Of a stretch of DNA of 64,000 bases, positions 12,825 to 24,500 are shown in pieces. How positions within the stretch are numbered: the first letter of the stretch is position 1; every line of letters starts with the position of its first letter. This DNA comes from Paramoeba atlantica (Eukaryota; Protista; Discosea). Both the position numbers and the translations under genes were made by a program. The stretch covers positions 1 to 64,000 of the forward strand of contig CDRNVI010000153.1 of the NCBI GenBank assembly GCA_977017575.1, given 5' to 3'. The notes under the pieces are model-generated. The model had not been told where the DNA came from, did no database searches, and saw nothing but the letters and a program-made list of their open reading frames with translations.

Positions 12825-15098
12825 TTAAACGACTGACTTCCCTCCCTCACTCTCTCTCCTTGCTTGGGTTGTTCTGGCAAACTCCTCATTCGTTTCGATC
12901 TCCATAGCATCCCCCTCTTCCTCCTCTTCTCCTTCCACTCTCATATCTGACCCTTCAACCGAAAAGGGAAAGGGGACACTGTCTTGGACACCACCGCCTC
13001 TTTCCTCGGATTTTTCCATAAGTGGATGAACAAAACCCACCCCTTCCTCATTTGGAAATTTCACCGACTTTCTTTTCCCACTCTCCTTTTCTTGTGCGAT
13101 TTTTCTTTTCTTTTGCGATATTTTTCCCTTTTCCTCCTCACTCTCATTCTTTCCTTTCTCCCACCCTACTCTAACATTAATTACCTCTTCTGATCTGCTC
13201 TTCTTCCTCTTAGTGCATCCTGTCTTCACAAGGTACTCAACCAAATAGAAAGCTTGACGCCTTAATCTCCTATCCTCTGGGAAAATTGAGCCATTCTCCA
13301 ACCCCTCATAAACTCTTCCGAAATCCTCAGTTGCGCTTGCCCATTCGATGTTCAGGTTCAATTTCTTTAACATTGATTTCGCCTCCCTTCTATTGTCAGG
13401 TTCCTCCACCAATCCATTTTCGACTGGTAAATCTTCTTCGTTGATAAAGATGGGAGCAGGGCCGGAAACAGGTTGGCTTCTTCTGTTCTCCTTCTTCTGG
13501 ATCACAGAATCAGCACAATTTCTTGACTTGCCCACAGTCTCTTTTGATGAAGAAGCAGACTTAAAGAAAGAGACTACTGGGTTGGAACATGTGTTCACCA
13601 ATGTCCAGGTACCCTTCTTTTTTGGTTGAGCTTGCGGTCGCTGGGCTGGCAATATGGGGGGCACTGAGAATCCACTAACTTGTTTGCTGCTCCCATTTAT
13701 CGTTTTAATTTTCGAAAAGGTTTTGGTCCTGATGGGAGAAAACGAACTCGTCTTACTCAGAGCTGCAGCATCTCGCTTGACTGGACCCACAGAGGAACTC
13801 CTTTGGACAGCTGATCTCTTAGTTGTGGAAGAAGGTACTTTGAAGTTATTGGGTACAACTTCATGGCTCTTCTTCACAAGAGGGGGGCCCTTCGGAGGGG
13901 TAGGTTCAGCAGGAATAACATTAGGTGAGCGAGACACCAACCCTTGGCCACCAGCATTATGCACAGGTAAATTTGAGCCATCTTTTTTAACACCAATGGG
14001 GGAGAGACCTTCAGCAGGTTTAGAAGCTTGTGACTTGGGGGGAGTTTGATCTTTTCTCTCAGGGCCCACCACCATAGACTCACCAGTATTACCGAGGGGG
14101 GCACAGGATGAGGGGACTCCTTCAGGTGAGACGAAGTTAAATTGCACACCATCTCTGGCAGCTTGTTTTCTTATCTTAACTCCTTTGGGGTCGCGGGTGT
14201 TGATCGAGTACATTTCCGTTCTTGCCATATTGCCAACTTCACTTGGATCCTTTTTTTGTAAAATTTCAAATAAACAATCCAAACAAGCAGGATGGTTAAT
14301 TTGGCAAGTGGGGCATTTCACCACTTTATCAAAGGGCCTCGATGGGGTCCAAACAGAAACTCGAGCTTGAGTATCGCTAATCCCCAACCACCCTTTGGTG
14401 TGGGCGATGAGACGGACAAGGTTAATGGGGATTTGGGTGTAAACCAAAACAATACAATTTTGGGCTATTTGAACTACTTCCTTCAAGTTATGTCTCGGAA
14501 GAGAATTTGGGCCAGCAAAAAGATTCTGGATCCACTCCACACCCTCGGCTTCGAAGGGAACCCTGATTTTGAGCCCCTACAATTTTGCATCCTCGTTGTT
14601 CCTCCAGACAAAGGATTTCTTGAGTTTTTTTGCCAATTTGTTGCCTTTGTTCAAAAACTCTTTTTCTACACTGGCAGCATCCATGTTCTCAAGCACTGAG
14701 ATCACAAAATGGCCCTGCTTGACATTCACAAAAATTTTCCCTTTAAGAGAAGTCACATTTTCAATTGCTTTGATAACCTTGTTGAAGTTGGGAAGTCCCG
14801 GTCTAAAATCCAGTGATCCCACTAACTTTGTTGGTCTCGACTTGGCTCCAACAACAGTTTTTGGGTTCAGGCGCACGACTAAACCTTGGTATAGTCTGAC
14901 ATTATTCCGATCAATCTCGTGTAACACATCACTGAGACCTTTGGAGGCTGGAAAGCCTTCCTTGGTTTCGAGAGGTCTTTTCTTTCTTTCACTTTTTTTA
15001 ACAACTTGAGCAAATGATTCACTATCCGCTCGTCCTGACCAGGTGTTTCTGGCAGGAAAACCCTCTCCTTCCTTTACACTGGGTGAAGAGGTTTCCAT
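12825..15098 (-). pseudogene. LINE ORF1 (~757 codons; gag-like, Cys/His knuckle, long Pro/Ser/Lys-rich and acidic tail); one in-frame stop
   Basis: ATG at 15098. The 182-aa and 571-aa ORFs are in one frame, joined across TAG at 14577-14579. Knuckle-like CPTCQINHPACLDC. Ends at TAA 12825. Confidence 0.85.
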
Positions 15099-15180
15099 AA
15101 TATTTTTTGTGGCAACCAGCCACAAGAATACACACTACAACAAAAGATAGGAAATTCAGACAATTGTATCTTGAACCCCC

Positions 15181-15230
<50 letters not shown>

Positions 15231-15232
<2 letters not shown>

Positions 15233-15243
15233 AAAATTGTTGG
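15231..15243 (+). repeat. Target-site duplication, right copy (CTAAAATTGTTGG)
   Basis: Identical to 8213-8225. Confidence 0.92.
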
Positions 15244-16530
15244 AAAAATGAGTTGAAAGAAAGCAAGTGGTTCACATGGACTTTTAAAACCATGGATTAT
15301 TCAAAATTGGAACAACCACATTATTTTAACAAGGAAACCAGGAAAAAGTACTATTGTTATTGAGAACTTATTTTAAAACCAAACCAGCAATAGTTTCTCC
15401 CCAAAATCTATTGCCAGCTTTGGAGCAGGAAGTTTTGGAAATGGAATTTCAAACTCTGGTGATTTCAAGTGTATTGGCTCCCCAGACAAAGGATCTAAGA
15501 CTTACTGAAATATCATCACATCATTTGGATTTTTTAGTAACCCATATCATTCATCATCATATTCACAAACTGTACTTGTTTCAAATCATCAGATTTCTTG
15601 AGGTTTTGAAAGTCTATTTATTAAATTTTAAGAAATTATAATTCTTCAAAACACACACAAAAAAAAAATGAATTAACCTTTTTGAATTGCTTTCTTCACA
15701 ACTCACTTCCCAATGGGCAGACAATGAATGAGTTCTTGAATCAGTCTTTTTAAAATGCTAAACTTGAACTTTTCAAAAGTTCAAGTTCAGTGTTTCAAAA
15801 GGTTTATCCTCTTTAATCTGTGTTCCTTCATACCTTTGAAGAGATAAACCACTTTAAAGTTTGTAATCTCTTCTGTTTTCCTCTTGATTTGAGATGTAAA
15901 AGCTCTCTTTTCTCATTGTTTTTCATGAATAACAGAAGTGTTGATGATTGGAAGTTGTTCTATTTTTGTTCAGAAGAAAAATTGAAAAATTGTCATTTAA
16001 AAAGAAAGTTCTACCAAAATAGAAAAGGATATCTTCTCTTTCAAGGGGAGATATTGGCAGTTTGACCAACACTTTTTTAACACTTTTCAACATCTCTCCC
16101 ATAAAAGTTGTTTTTTTAGTTCTTTAAAAATACATTATTTCAAAGAACATCAAAAAATGAATCAAAATCAAAAAACAAATCTTGAAAAGACTTCAAACAA
16201 AGACCAAAAAAGTGGATGGCAGAAGCAAAGAGAAGCACGAAAGAAAAATATGAGAAAATACAAGAATGCAAATGCTGTCCAAAATAGGGACTCAAAAAAA
16301 GTGTGTGATTTTTGAAAAATCAAATGCAGTGAAAAAGCACTTTTTTAAAAGTTATACATTCAATTTTTTATGCATTTTAAATGATCATATGTTTTTTTGA
16401 TTTCAAGGTTTTTTTTCAAACTTTTCTCCTATATTTAGAAATAAGAACCTCTTTTTCTTCTAAATTAAAATAAAACCAATCAAATATTGACACATTGACA
16501 CCATACAAAAATTCTGTAATGTTAAAATTC

Positions 16531-18014
16531 TAGATCACAACATGTTGCAGAAACCAGTGAAGAGTGGATTATTTTAAATTCAACCTTGTGAAACTGGATC
16601 ACTTCCCCTCTCACCCATGACTGAACTTTCCCCATCCCTCCAGGAAATATCATAAGGAAATTCCAAAGAAATACAGTGACAACCCCCTATGTCCTGTTTC
16701 CAGCCCAAACTGCTTTTGAGAATGCTTTAATCCTCCTTGTAATAATTACTAAAGACATTCAAGAACACATGAGGGTGAGCTCAAGCTGCATTTGCAATTG
16801 TGGTGTTTTTTAAGGTTGAAGTAACTTCAAATATTCCTTTTGAGCCTTCAAAAAAAAAATCTGATGTCATATCTACATGTTCACTCTTGTGGTCTCTCTT
16901 TTGATTTGTTTGTTTTTTGGTTGAATAAGGATGGTGAAGGTTGAAGAAATAGAACAAAAAAGAAAAGGAAAAAGGAAAAAAAGTGTGTATTTGTTATTCT
17001 TTTGATGATTGGATTGTTTAATTTGAAAGAAAAGGTTGTGTGTTGAAGTTGAAGATGATGATGTTGTGGAAGGAAAAAAAAGAACTTGTTTTGTTGATTG
17101 ATCCAAACAGAAAGAAATTTCTTACTGTAAATTCATTTGATGATAAAAAAGTAAAAAGAGAAACAAATTCTTTTTTTTTTCTTCAAAAAACACCTCAAAA
17201 CTCACTCTCAAACACTCTTTTCAACCTTTCTTTTAGTTTCAGAGAGGAAAAACAAAACAAAAAACCAGTGGCAGCTTTGTTTTTCAGCAGTTGAAAAAAA
17301 ACACAAAAAAAAAGTGCTTTTTTTTCAACAGTTAATTTTTTTTTTGTTTTTTTTTGACCATCAAAATTATTTTTTCAACCATTGAAATTATTTTTTTAAT
17401 GGTTGAAATCTTTGTTGTTTTTTTTCAACTGTCAAAATTATTTTTTCAATGGTCGAAATTTTTGTTGTTTTTTTTTGACTATTGAAGTTATTTTTTCAAT
17501 GATTGATGTTTTTCTTGGTTTTTTTTTGACAGTTGAAAGTTTGGATAATGGAAGAAAGTCAAGTTGAGGCTGTTTGTGAGCTGAGGTGGGCAATGACATC
17601 AGCTAACTTTCAGGATGTTGAAACCTCTCCAGCAGTCCAATTCAAACCTACAAATTGCCCCAACTGTAAGTGCAGCTTGAGCCTACCCCTGTGTGGGTTC
17701 CATCAGTTCCAAGAAAGCAACCTGGTGAGGAACTTTATTAAGAAAGATTTTCAAAGGAATGTAATTAACTTTATTGAAAACTTCAAACCAAATTCACTCC
17801 CTGCTTTTAGAAGGCAAACAATCAAATGCAGACCTTTTAGTGAGAACTAAAGTTGGTGAAGAAACTTCAATACATTCCATGCTGAAAAGATTATTGGATC
17901 TGACTTTTAATTTATCTCTCCTTTCCTCCTCTTCTTCTCCCCTCTTTTCTATTCTAGAGATGGTTTTTTAACTTCAATAAATGGCACCTGGTGTCTAAAC
18001 TTAAAAAAAAAAAA
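16531..18014 (+). mobile_element. Old 5'-truncated copy of a related LINE (C-terminal domain, 3' UTR, poly(A)), split by a TIR element; segments 16531-16765 and 17696-18014
   Basis: Both segments align with the contiguous sequence at ~19550-20108. The copy ends CAATAAATGGCACCTGGTGTCTAAACTT+A12, resembling the 3' end of the full-length element. Confidence 0.88.
16766..17695. mobile_element. Non-autonomous TIR DNA transposon (MITE-like, ~930 bp) with CAC...GTG termini and subterminal repeats
   Basis: The left end CACATGAGGGTGAGCTCAAGCTGCATTTGC.. is an imperfect inverted repeat of the right end ..TGTAAGTGCAGCTTGAGCCTACCCCTGTGTG, and similarity extends ~100 bp (ATGACATCAG motif). AT-rich repeats lie at ~17290-17530. 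Removing the element restores a contiguous LINE copy. No clear TSD. Confidence 0.72.
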
Positions 18015-18201
18015 ATTGTTTATGTGTTCATTGGTATCATTCAATGTTCTGATATCATTTTGCATTTTTTTCAATTGTTCATATTCTTTGTATTGACTTA
18101 AAGTTTCAACCAATTAGAAAAATAAAATCTTAACTTTTCTTTTTTGACTTTAAAACAAAGACTTTTCAAGTTAACTTCTATTTTCAAAAAAATCTGGAAA
18201 T

Positions 18202-18845
18202 CTAATAAATTCCTTCAGAGTTCAATCTTGCTGATCTATTAACCAAATCTTCAAGAAACCTAGCTTTATTCAATTGTTTGAGAAACCATATTATGTAACA
18301 GTTACTCATTGTAGAGAGTGTCAATTGGCAATAGCCTAAGGCTTGCTTGTGGTCTTTTTGTTCCAATGATGATATCACTCTTTTGATCCATTTCTTCCCT
18401 TTAACAAATTGTTGATTCAGTTTCCAAACCTCCATTCTTCCTTTTGATGAACTTGGTAACTTAAAATCATTTTTTTTTTTTCTCAAACCCAAACCCAAAA
18501 AAAAAACTGTTGTTCTCTATAAAAGGAACATTTTAGTTTATTTGTTTCCCTTTTTCTCAAACCTAAAAAACAATTTTTGAGTTTGAGAAAAGACCAAGAG
18601 GTGCAAGCTTTGCAGTTTTCAGGAAAGGGAAAGAGATATGTGGTGCGTTTGAAACCATCCCTCTTGGGTCCAACTGTCAGAATTCTGGTGTGAACTAATT
18701 CCATGTTGTACAAATTAATCTGTTTCTCTTTGTACACCACTGTGCTCCCCTGTTGTGTGAATATCTTTAATGAACATTTGTAAGACTGTACAAACTGTTT
18801 TGATTCTGCATGTATTCCTGTCTCTCTCATCTGAGCTCTTCCCAC
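18202..18845 (-). pseudogene. Possible decayed integrase-type (H2C2 + core) fragment
   Basis: IKDIHTTGEHSGVQR in one frame and ENCKAC in the next resemble an HH-CC zinc finger. The similarity is weak and frameshifted. Confidence 0.25.
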
Positions 18846-18987
18846 CCAGTTCTCACTCTAAATTCAAGTTGTTCCCTTAATATTTTCACACCATCTTATT
18901 TCTCTGTTTCATATTATCTTTACATCAATTAATCCTGTGTTCTGTAACATTTATCTGTGATTTAATCTCTCTGCCACATCCTTTTTC

Positions 18988-20894
18988 TTGTGTGTTTTTG
19001 TCTTTCATTCTGTTTTGCTTCTTGTCAATTCCACATTTGTTATATTTGTTGTCCCATATGAATACTCCTTTTGTTTGTTGGTAAAAGGAATAAACTTACT
19101 TGGTTGGTTTCCTTTGCAATGCACTGCCAATCTTTCCCATGATTTGCTCTTGACTTTTCTCTTTCTTTTTTTTTCCTTTCTTCCCTTTCCTTCTTTCCTT
19201 CACCTGCCTACTCTTTCCTTCCCCAAACTCCTGGCCACTTCACACCAACAATATTGGTGAATTTACAAGCTGCCTGAAAGGAATACAATGTGCCAAATCA
19301 ATGACAAATGAGATTGAAGTTGTTGGGGATTGTATGATTCTTACCAAGGCTGCACCCAAAACCCATGCCATCAAAAACTATGCTTTGAATGAATTACTTT
19401 GTGAAATCTGTAAGTTAGCAATGGGCTTTGATGAGATAGAATTCACCCATGTACCCTGAGAACTTAACAAGTGAGCTGATGCAATTGCAACTGCTGCAAG
19501 TTGGTCTAAAGAGGATGGAACATGTGCTGTGATTGACCATCATTGGGATCCAAGATCACAACATGTTGCAGAAACCAGCAAAGAGTGGATTATTCTTAAT
19601 TCAACCCTGTGGAACTGGATCATTTCCCCTCTCACCCATAACTGGACTTTCCCCATCCCCCCAGGAAATTTTGTAAGGAAATTCCAAGGGGACATGGTGA
19701 CAATCCCCCATGTCTTGTTTCCAGCCCAAACTGCTCTTGAGAATGCTTTAATCCTCCCTGTAATAATTACTAAGGATATCCAAGGATGGTTCCATCAGTC
19801 CCAAGAGAGCAACCTTGTGAGGAACTTTAAAAGGAAGATTTTCAAAGGAATGTAATTAACTTTATTGAAAACTCCAAACCAAATTCACTCCCTGCTTTTA
19901 GAAGGTGGACAATCAAACATAGACCTCTTAGTGAGAACTAAAGTTGGTAAAGAAACTCCAATGCATTCCATGCTGAAAAGATCATTGGATCTGACTTTTA
20001 ATTTATCTCCCCCTTCCTCCCCTTTTCTTCCCCCCTCTTTTCCATCCTAGAGATGGTTTTTTAACTCCAATAAATGGCACCTGGTGTCTGAACTTGAAAA
20101 AAAAAAAATTCTTTTCTCTCTTCTCTCTTCTCTTTTTACTTCTTTTATTTCTTTTCTTGATTTTATTTTTTTTTCTTTTCTTTATTAAAGTTGATGAATA
20201 ATAATTTTTTAACTGGATCTGTTCCTTCTGAAATTGCTCTCTTTTTTGATGTGCATGTTTTTCTTCTCTCTTTTCTTTTCTTTTTTCTTTTTTCTTTTCT
20301 TCTCTCCTTTCTTTTTCTCTTTTGTCTTCCTCTTCTCTTCCTAATTTGGAATTTCTTCTCTCTTTTTCTCTCTCTTCTTTCTTTTTACTTTTATTTTTAA
20401 GAGAGATTTTTCTGTTAATTTATTTAAAGGAGCATTTCCAATTGTACAACTTGATTCATTTGTCCCAGAGTACATGTATTTCTCTCTCTCTTTTTCTCTT
20501 TTTCTTTCCCTTGTTTTCAAACATTTTTAAGTGTAGAACTTGATTCATTTGTACACTTTACTTGTATTTTTTCTCCTCTTTATTTTCTCTTTCTCTCTTC
20601 TTTCTCTCTTTCATTTTAAAAAACATTTTTTCCCCTCTCTCTTTTTCCCCTCTCTCTTTTTCCCCTCTCTCTTTTTCCCCTCTCTCTTTTCCCCCTCTCT
20701 CTCCTTCTTTCTTTCCCCAGAAATGTAAGCCACAACCAACTCACAGGACCAATACAAAATGATGCATGGTTATGCCATGTAGAAAAGCTAAGCCATAATT
20801 TTTTCATTTGTCCCCTTCCTTCTTGTTGTGCAGCCAATGGAACTGGGGTGTGTGTGATGAATGAGAGGATTCCTTGTTATCCTTCTTCTCTTTG
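18988..20894 (+). pseudogene. Spliced extracellular-type leucine-rich-repeat gene, probably dead and interrupted by a LINE fragment
   Basis: Exon-sized pieces read NNFLTGSVPSEI (~20191), DFSVNLFKGAFP (~20403) and NVSHNQLTGPIQ..LSHNFFICPLPSCC (~20720-20894, TGA), separated by T-rich introns. The 5' extent is uncertain. Confidence 0.55.
19235..20108 (+). mobile_element. 5'-truncated LINE copy: RNase H half, C-terminal domain, 3' UTR and poly(A)
   Basis: Reads PLHTNNIGEFTSCLKG..VVGDCMILTKAAPKT..HVP*ELNK*ADAIA..HWDPRS, collinear with ORF2 of the full-length element. The stops are CGA>TGA. A-tail at ~20097-20108. Confidence 0.9.
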
Positions 20895-21573
20895 AGCGAG
20901 AGAAAGAGAGGGAAGAAAGAGAGGGAAGAAAGAGAGGGAGAGGTTTTTTTTGAAACCAAAATAAAGATGAAAAAGAAACAAGAGAAAACTTTATTCTGGG
21001 GAAGGAAAAGAGGAGGAGGTAAAGGAGAAAAATTCCAACTCTAAACGTTTGTTTTGAAGAGTGGATGTTATCTCTTTTCATGTTTTTTCTTTGGTTGTCG
21101 GGACAAACAATCAAACCAAATGTGAGAATAACCAAATGAAATGAAAACCAATAAATAAAATAAATTATGAAAAACTTATGAAAAGAAAACCTTTCTCCAA
21201 GAGAAGAAGAGAAAGGGACGCTCTTCTTTGGAACAATAAAAAAATTCAAGAGAGAATGATTCAGGAAGGAAGAAAATGTATGCAGAAAACAGAAAAGGTG
21301 AGCAATCAACCAGGAAATTGGTAAGGTTGATTTGAACTTTGTCATTGTTTCTTTTCTTGTTCTTGAAACTTTGAGAAGAAAGAGAAAGGCAAAGAAACGA
21401 AAAAAGGGTCGGGACTTTTTCGACAACAGTTTGGAGAAAACTGGACTTTTTCTTCTCCAAAAGGGAGAAATTTGTTCCAAAAAAAGAAATGTTCCCAAAA
21501 CCCCCTTTTTTGGATCGCTCACCCAAAAAAGGTGTTTTTTTCACGTCCGAATCTTTGGCTGTTTTTTTCTCAC

Positions 21574-24500
21574 ATGCTGAACCTGTCGGTTCTGTGTTTC
21601 TTATTCTTCTTTTGTGCTCTTGGTTGTGGCCAACAAGAAGACGTCAGGCCTCAATTCGTCCGCGGAAATTACACCGAATATCATCATTTCTTTCTTGGTT
21701 CGGAATATGAATACCTTCAGACAGAACTGGAGTTTGACCAACCCCTTTACCTGAATGAGCCTTTTCTTTGTGCTGCAGCAGAACTGAGTTGCCCTCCTCT
21801 TGATTGTATTCCCTGCGATTGGTCTGACCCTGAGGTAATCATTTTTCTTTCTTTTGAGTTGTTCGTCTCCAGTCTCCAGGAGAGTGTCATCCTGAATTAT
21901 TCTCCCACAAAACTAGGCCAATAACTGTCAGGATGAACGGTGTTGTGTCCCTTCATTCCCTCCAATGAACAAAGACCTCTGGTGTTCTGGGAACTCTTCG
22001 TTTACAAGACTGAAAGTGAACGAAAAATCGGAAACTTTTACTTTAGATGCTGGAGAAACCCAATTCTTTCGTTTCTTTGTTGGAGAAGAGGCTTACTGTC
22101 GTCCAATTCTTGTCACAGTTCGCCCAATTTATGGAAATCACTTTTCATTTCTCTCCAGCACAACCCCTAATCCAGATTGGAGCAATTATCAACCAACTGG
22201 GTCTCTTTGGAGAGAAAATCTTGCCAGTATTGGTCAATCCTACTATGTTGCATGTCCTCACTGGAATGGTTATACCCCTGGTACCTATTCATTGGCAGTG
22301 ACAGCTTATGAAGCAACTTCATTTTATGTTGAGATTGCTATCTCCCCCAAGTCTTATCCATTGGATCCTCCCCTTGTGGTGGCTTCTTGTGACAATGTTC
22401 CCCAAGAAAATCTTGATCTTGCTGAAGCAGGGGATTCGAAAGTGCTCTGTCTTGAAGATGGGAAAACAACTCATTTGGTGACAACAGAGGTCTAATAGAT
22501 TTTAATTTTTTTTCTTTTTTCCTGTTTCATTTATTAATCATTTTTGAGCGTAATCTAATCAAATGATATTTTTGAAGGCTGGTAGCTTTGTGGGTCAAGA
22601 TAGAAATGCTGTCACCCTAATCCTCCCTGTGCCAGAGGGGTGTCACTCTATCTCTGTTGGTTTTCAAAATTTCCCAGGAACTTATTTTGCGCGCCCAGAT
22701 TATGACCTCTTTTGTTTTGCAAATGATTCACCTCTTTTGTTCACAACTGCTGGGATTGGTTCGTGGATGTCTGGAGGAGACACTCTCTCTTTCTTTGGGT
22801 GCTTCCCTGAAGTGACATATATCAATTGTTTAGCCGCAATTTGGCGTCCAGGAAATATGAGTGTGATTTATTCAACAATTTCTCCCTTCCATCGCACAGC
22901 TTTAACAGAGCTACCTGATGCCACCCTCTCTTATTATCTTGGAATGGGTTCACATTCTGCAATTAGAGAGGGCACAACTCTTTGTGCTACATGGCAAGTG
23001 TTTTGTTCCAATTGGCTTGTGACAGCAACATCAAACCCCCTTACTTTTTGGCCTCCTCCCGCTCACCCTTTGTTTCCTCTTGCACATTACTCCCCTTTGC
23101 CAACAGAACTGGTTTCACATGAAATTTTAGGAAATCGAAGTTTGTGTTTTTTTTTCCCTTTTTTTTTATTTTCCCTTTTTTTTCCTTCAGGGTGAACCTC
23201 TCTCATTTTTGTTTACCACAGTTATTATTGTTGATGCAACAATCAAAGCTGGTGAAGCTTTTGGTTCAAGAGAAACCCAACTCAGTGATGGGATTCTTGC
23301 ATTTTTTAAGTTCACAAATGCTGATGGCCTCCCTCTTTATTTCCCACCATCTTCTAACCCTGCTGCTGCTGCCTCCTCTTCTTCTCTTCCTTCTTATTTG
23401 AATAATTTCCCTTATATTTTCTATTCTGATTTAATGCCAAGTGAAGAAAAATGCAATGGGACCAGTTTTCTACAACATCAACAATTGATTAGTGGTCTGA
23501 TTTCTTCATTTTCAACCCCAGAAAATACTTTGGATAGTGCAACTCTTTCAGTTTTGTTGTTTTGATTCATTTTATTTTTTGATTCCTCAAACAAAAAGAG
23601 AAAAAGGAAGAGACGGGGGGCTGAAATATCATGTTTTTTATTTTTTTTTTAATTTCTATTTTTAGTATTATGTAGATTTGTTTAATTCTCAAGATGTGCG
23701 CTCTGATTGTTTGAAGTCCATCCTATCTGCTTTTCCAATTGAGAATTCGACATCAATCCAAAGTGGTTATGCCTGCTTTTTTGAGCAAGGGACAAAAGAG
23801 TATGCTACTGACCCTTGTTGCAATCTTACCCTCGCTGTATCTCTTTTTTCTCTCCATCCAAAAATCTTTTGTTGTTTTGTTGTTTTTCTTATTGATTATT
23901 ATTTCCAGAGAACACAATGTTGTGCCTTTCACACTGCCATTGTTCCTTCAACATCACGAAAGTTCATTAAGGATAATGGGATTATTTGTGAGACAAATGA
24001 ATGTACTCTCTCTTTCTTATCTGATTTTGTTCGTTCCTCCAATGATTTGGATAATGGAGTGATTGGGTGTCCTGCAGTCTTACCAGAGGTTTTCTACTCT
24101 CTTTATTCTTTCCACCACAGACAAAATAGAATTATGATTATTTATTTCTTTTAAAATATCACTTCAATATTATCATTCTATTTATCTCTACTTTTTCTGT
24201 GTTTTTTTTTAGGAACAATCTCTTCTACTTGAGCAATTTCGGTTTCATGAATTTGAAAAAATTCGTTCTTGCCTCAACCAAGTTGGATTTGGAGGTTCCT
24301 CTTTTTTCTTTTTCTTTTTTCTAATAATTTTTTAAAAATTATCAATTTAATATTTACCAATTGTGTAGAATTATTTCATGGAGTTCCTTGCATCCAAGAT
24401 GATGAGTGTGGAGGCACATGTGATAATGGGCTTTGTTCTGTTGAAAATATTCATGAAATTGATGATGCTTTTCTTACTTGTTATATTGATAACTTGATAC

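Larger units (their letters stand above)
8226..15230 (-). mobile_element. Full-length ~7.0 kb APE-type (L1/Tx1-like) LINE carrying RNase H, recently inactivated
   Basis: Two ORFs. AATAAA followed by a poly(A) tail at 8226-8242 on the minus strand. Perfect 13-bp TSD CTAAAATTGTTGG at 8213-8225 and 15231-15243. Confidence 0.95.

Noticed and set aside
11313-14579. UAG reassigned to Gln (variant genetic code), suggested by two in-frame TAGs in the LINE
   Set aside because: Long Gln-containing host ORFs (786, 587 and 327 aa) contain no in-frame TAG, and the element also has an in-frame TGA. Mutation explains the stops better.
8226-15230. Telomere-maintaining retrotransposon (HeT-A/TART/TRAS-like)
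   Set aside because: It lies 7.4 kb from the array, is flanked by a non-telomeric TSD and has its tail pointing toward the telomere. A canonical telomerase-type array is present.
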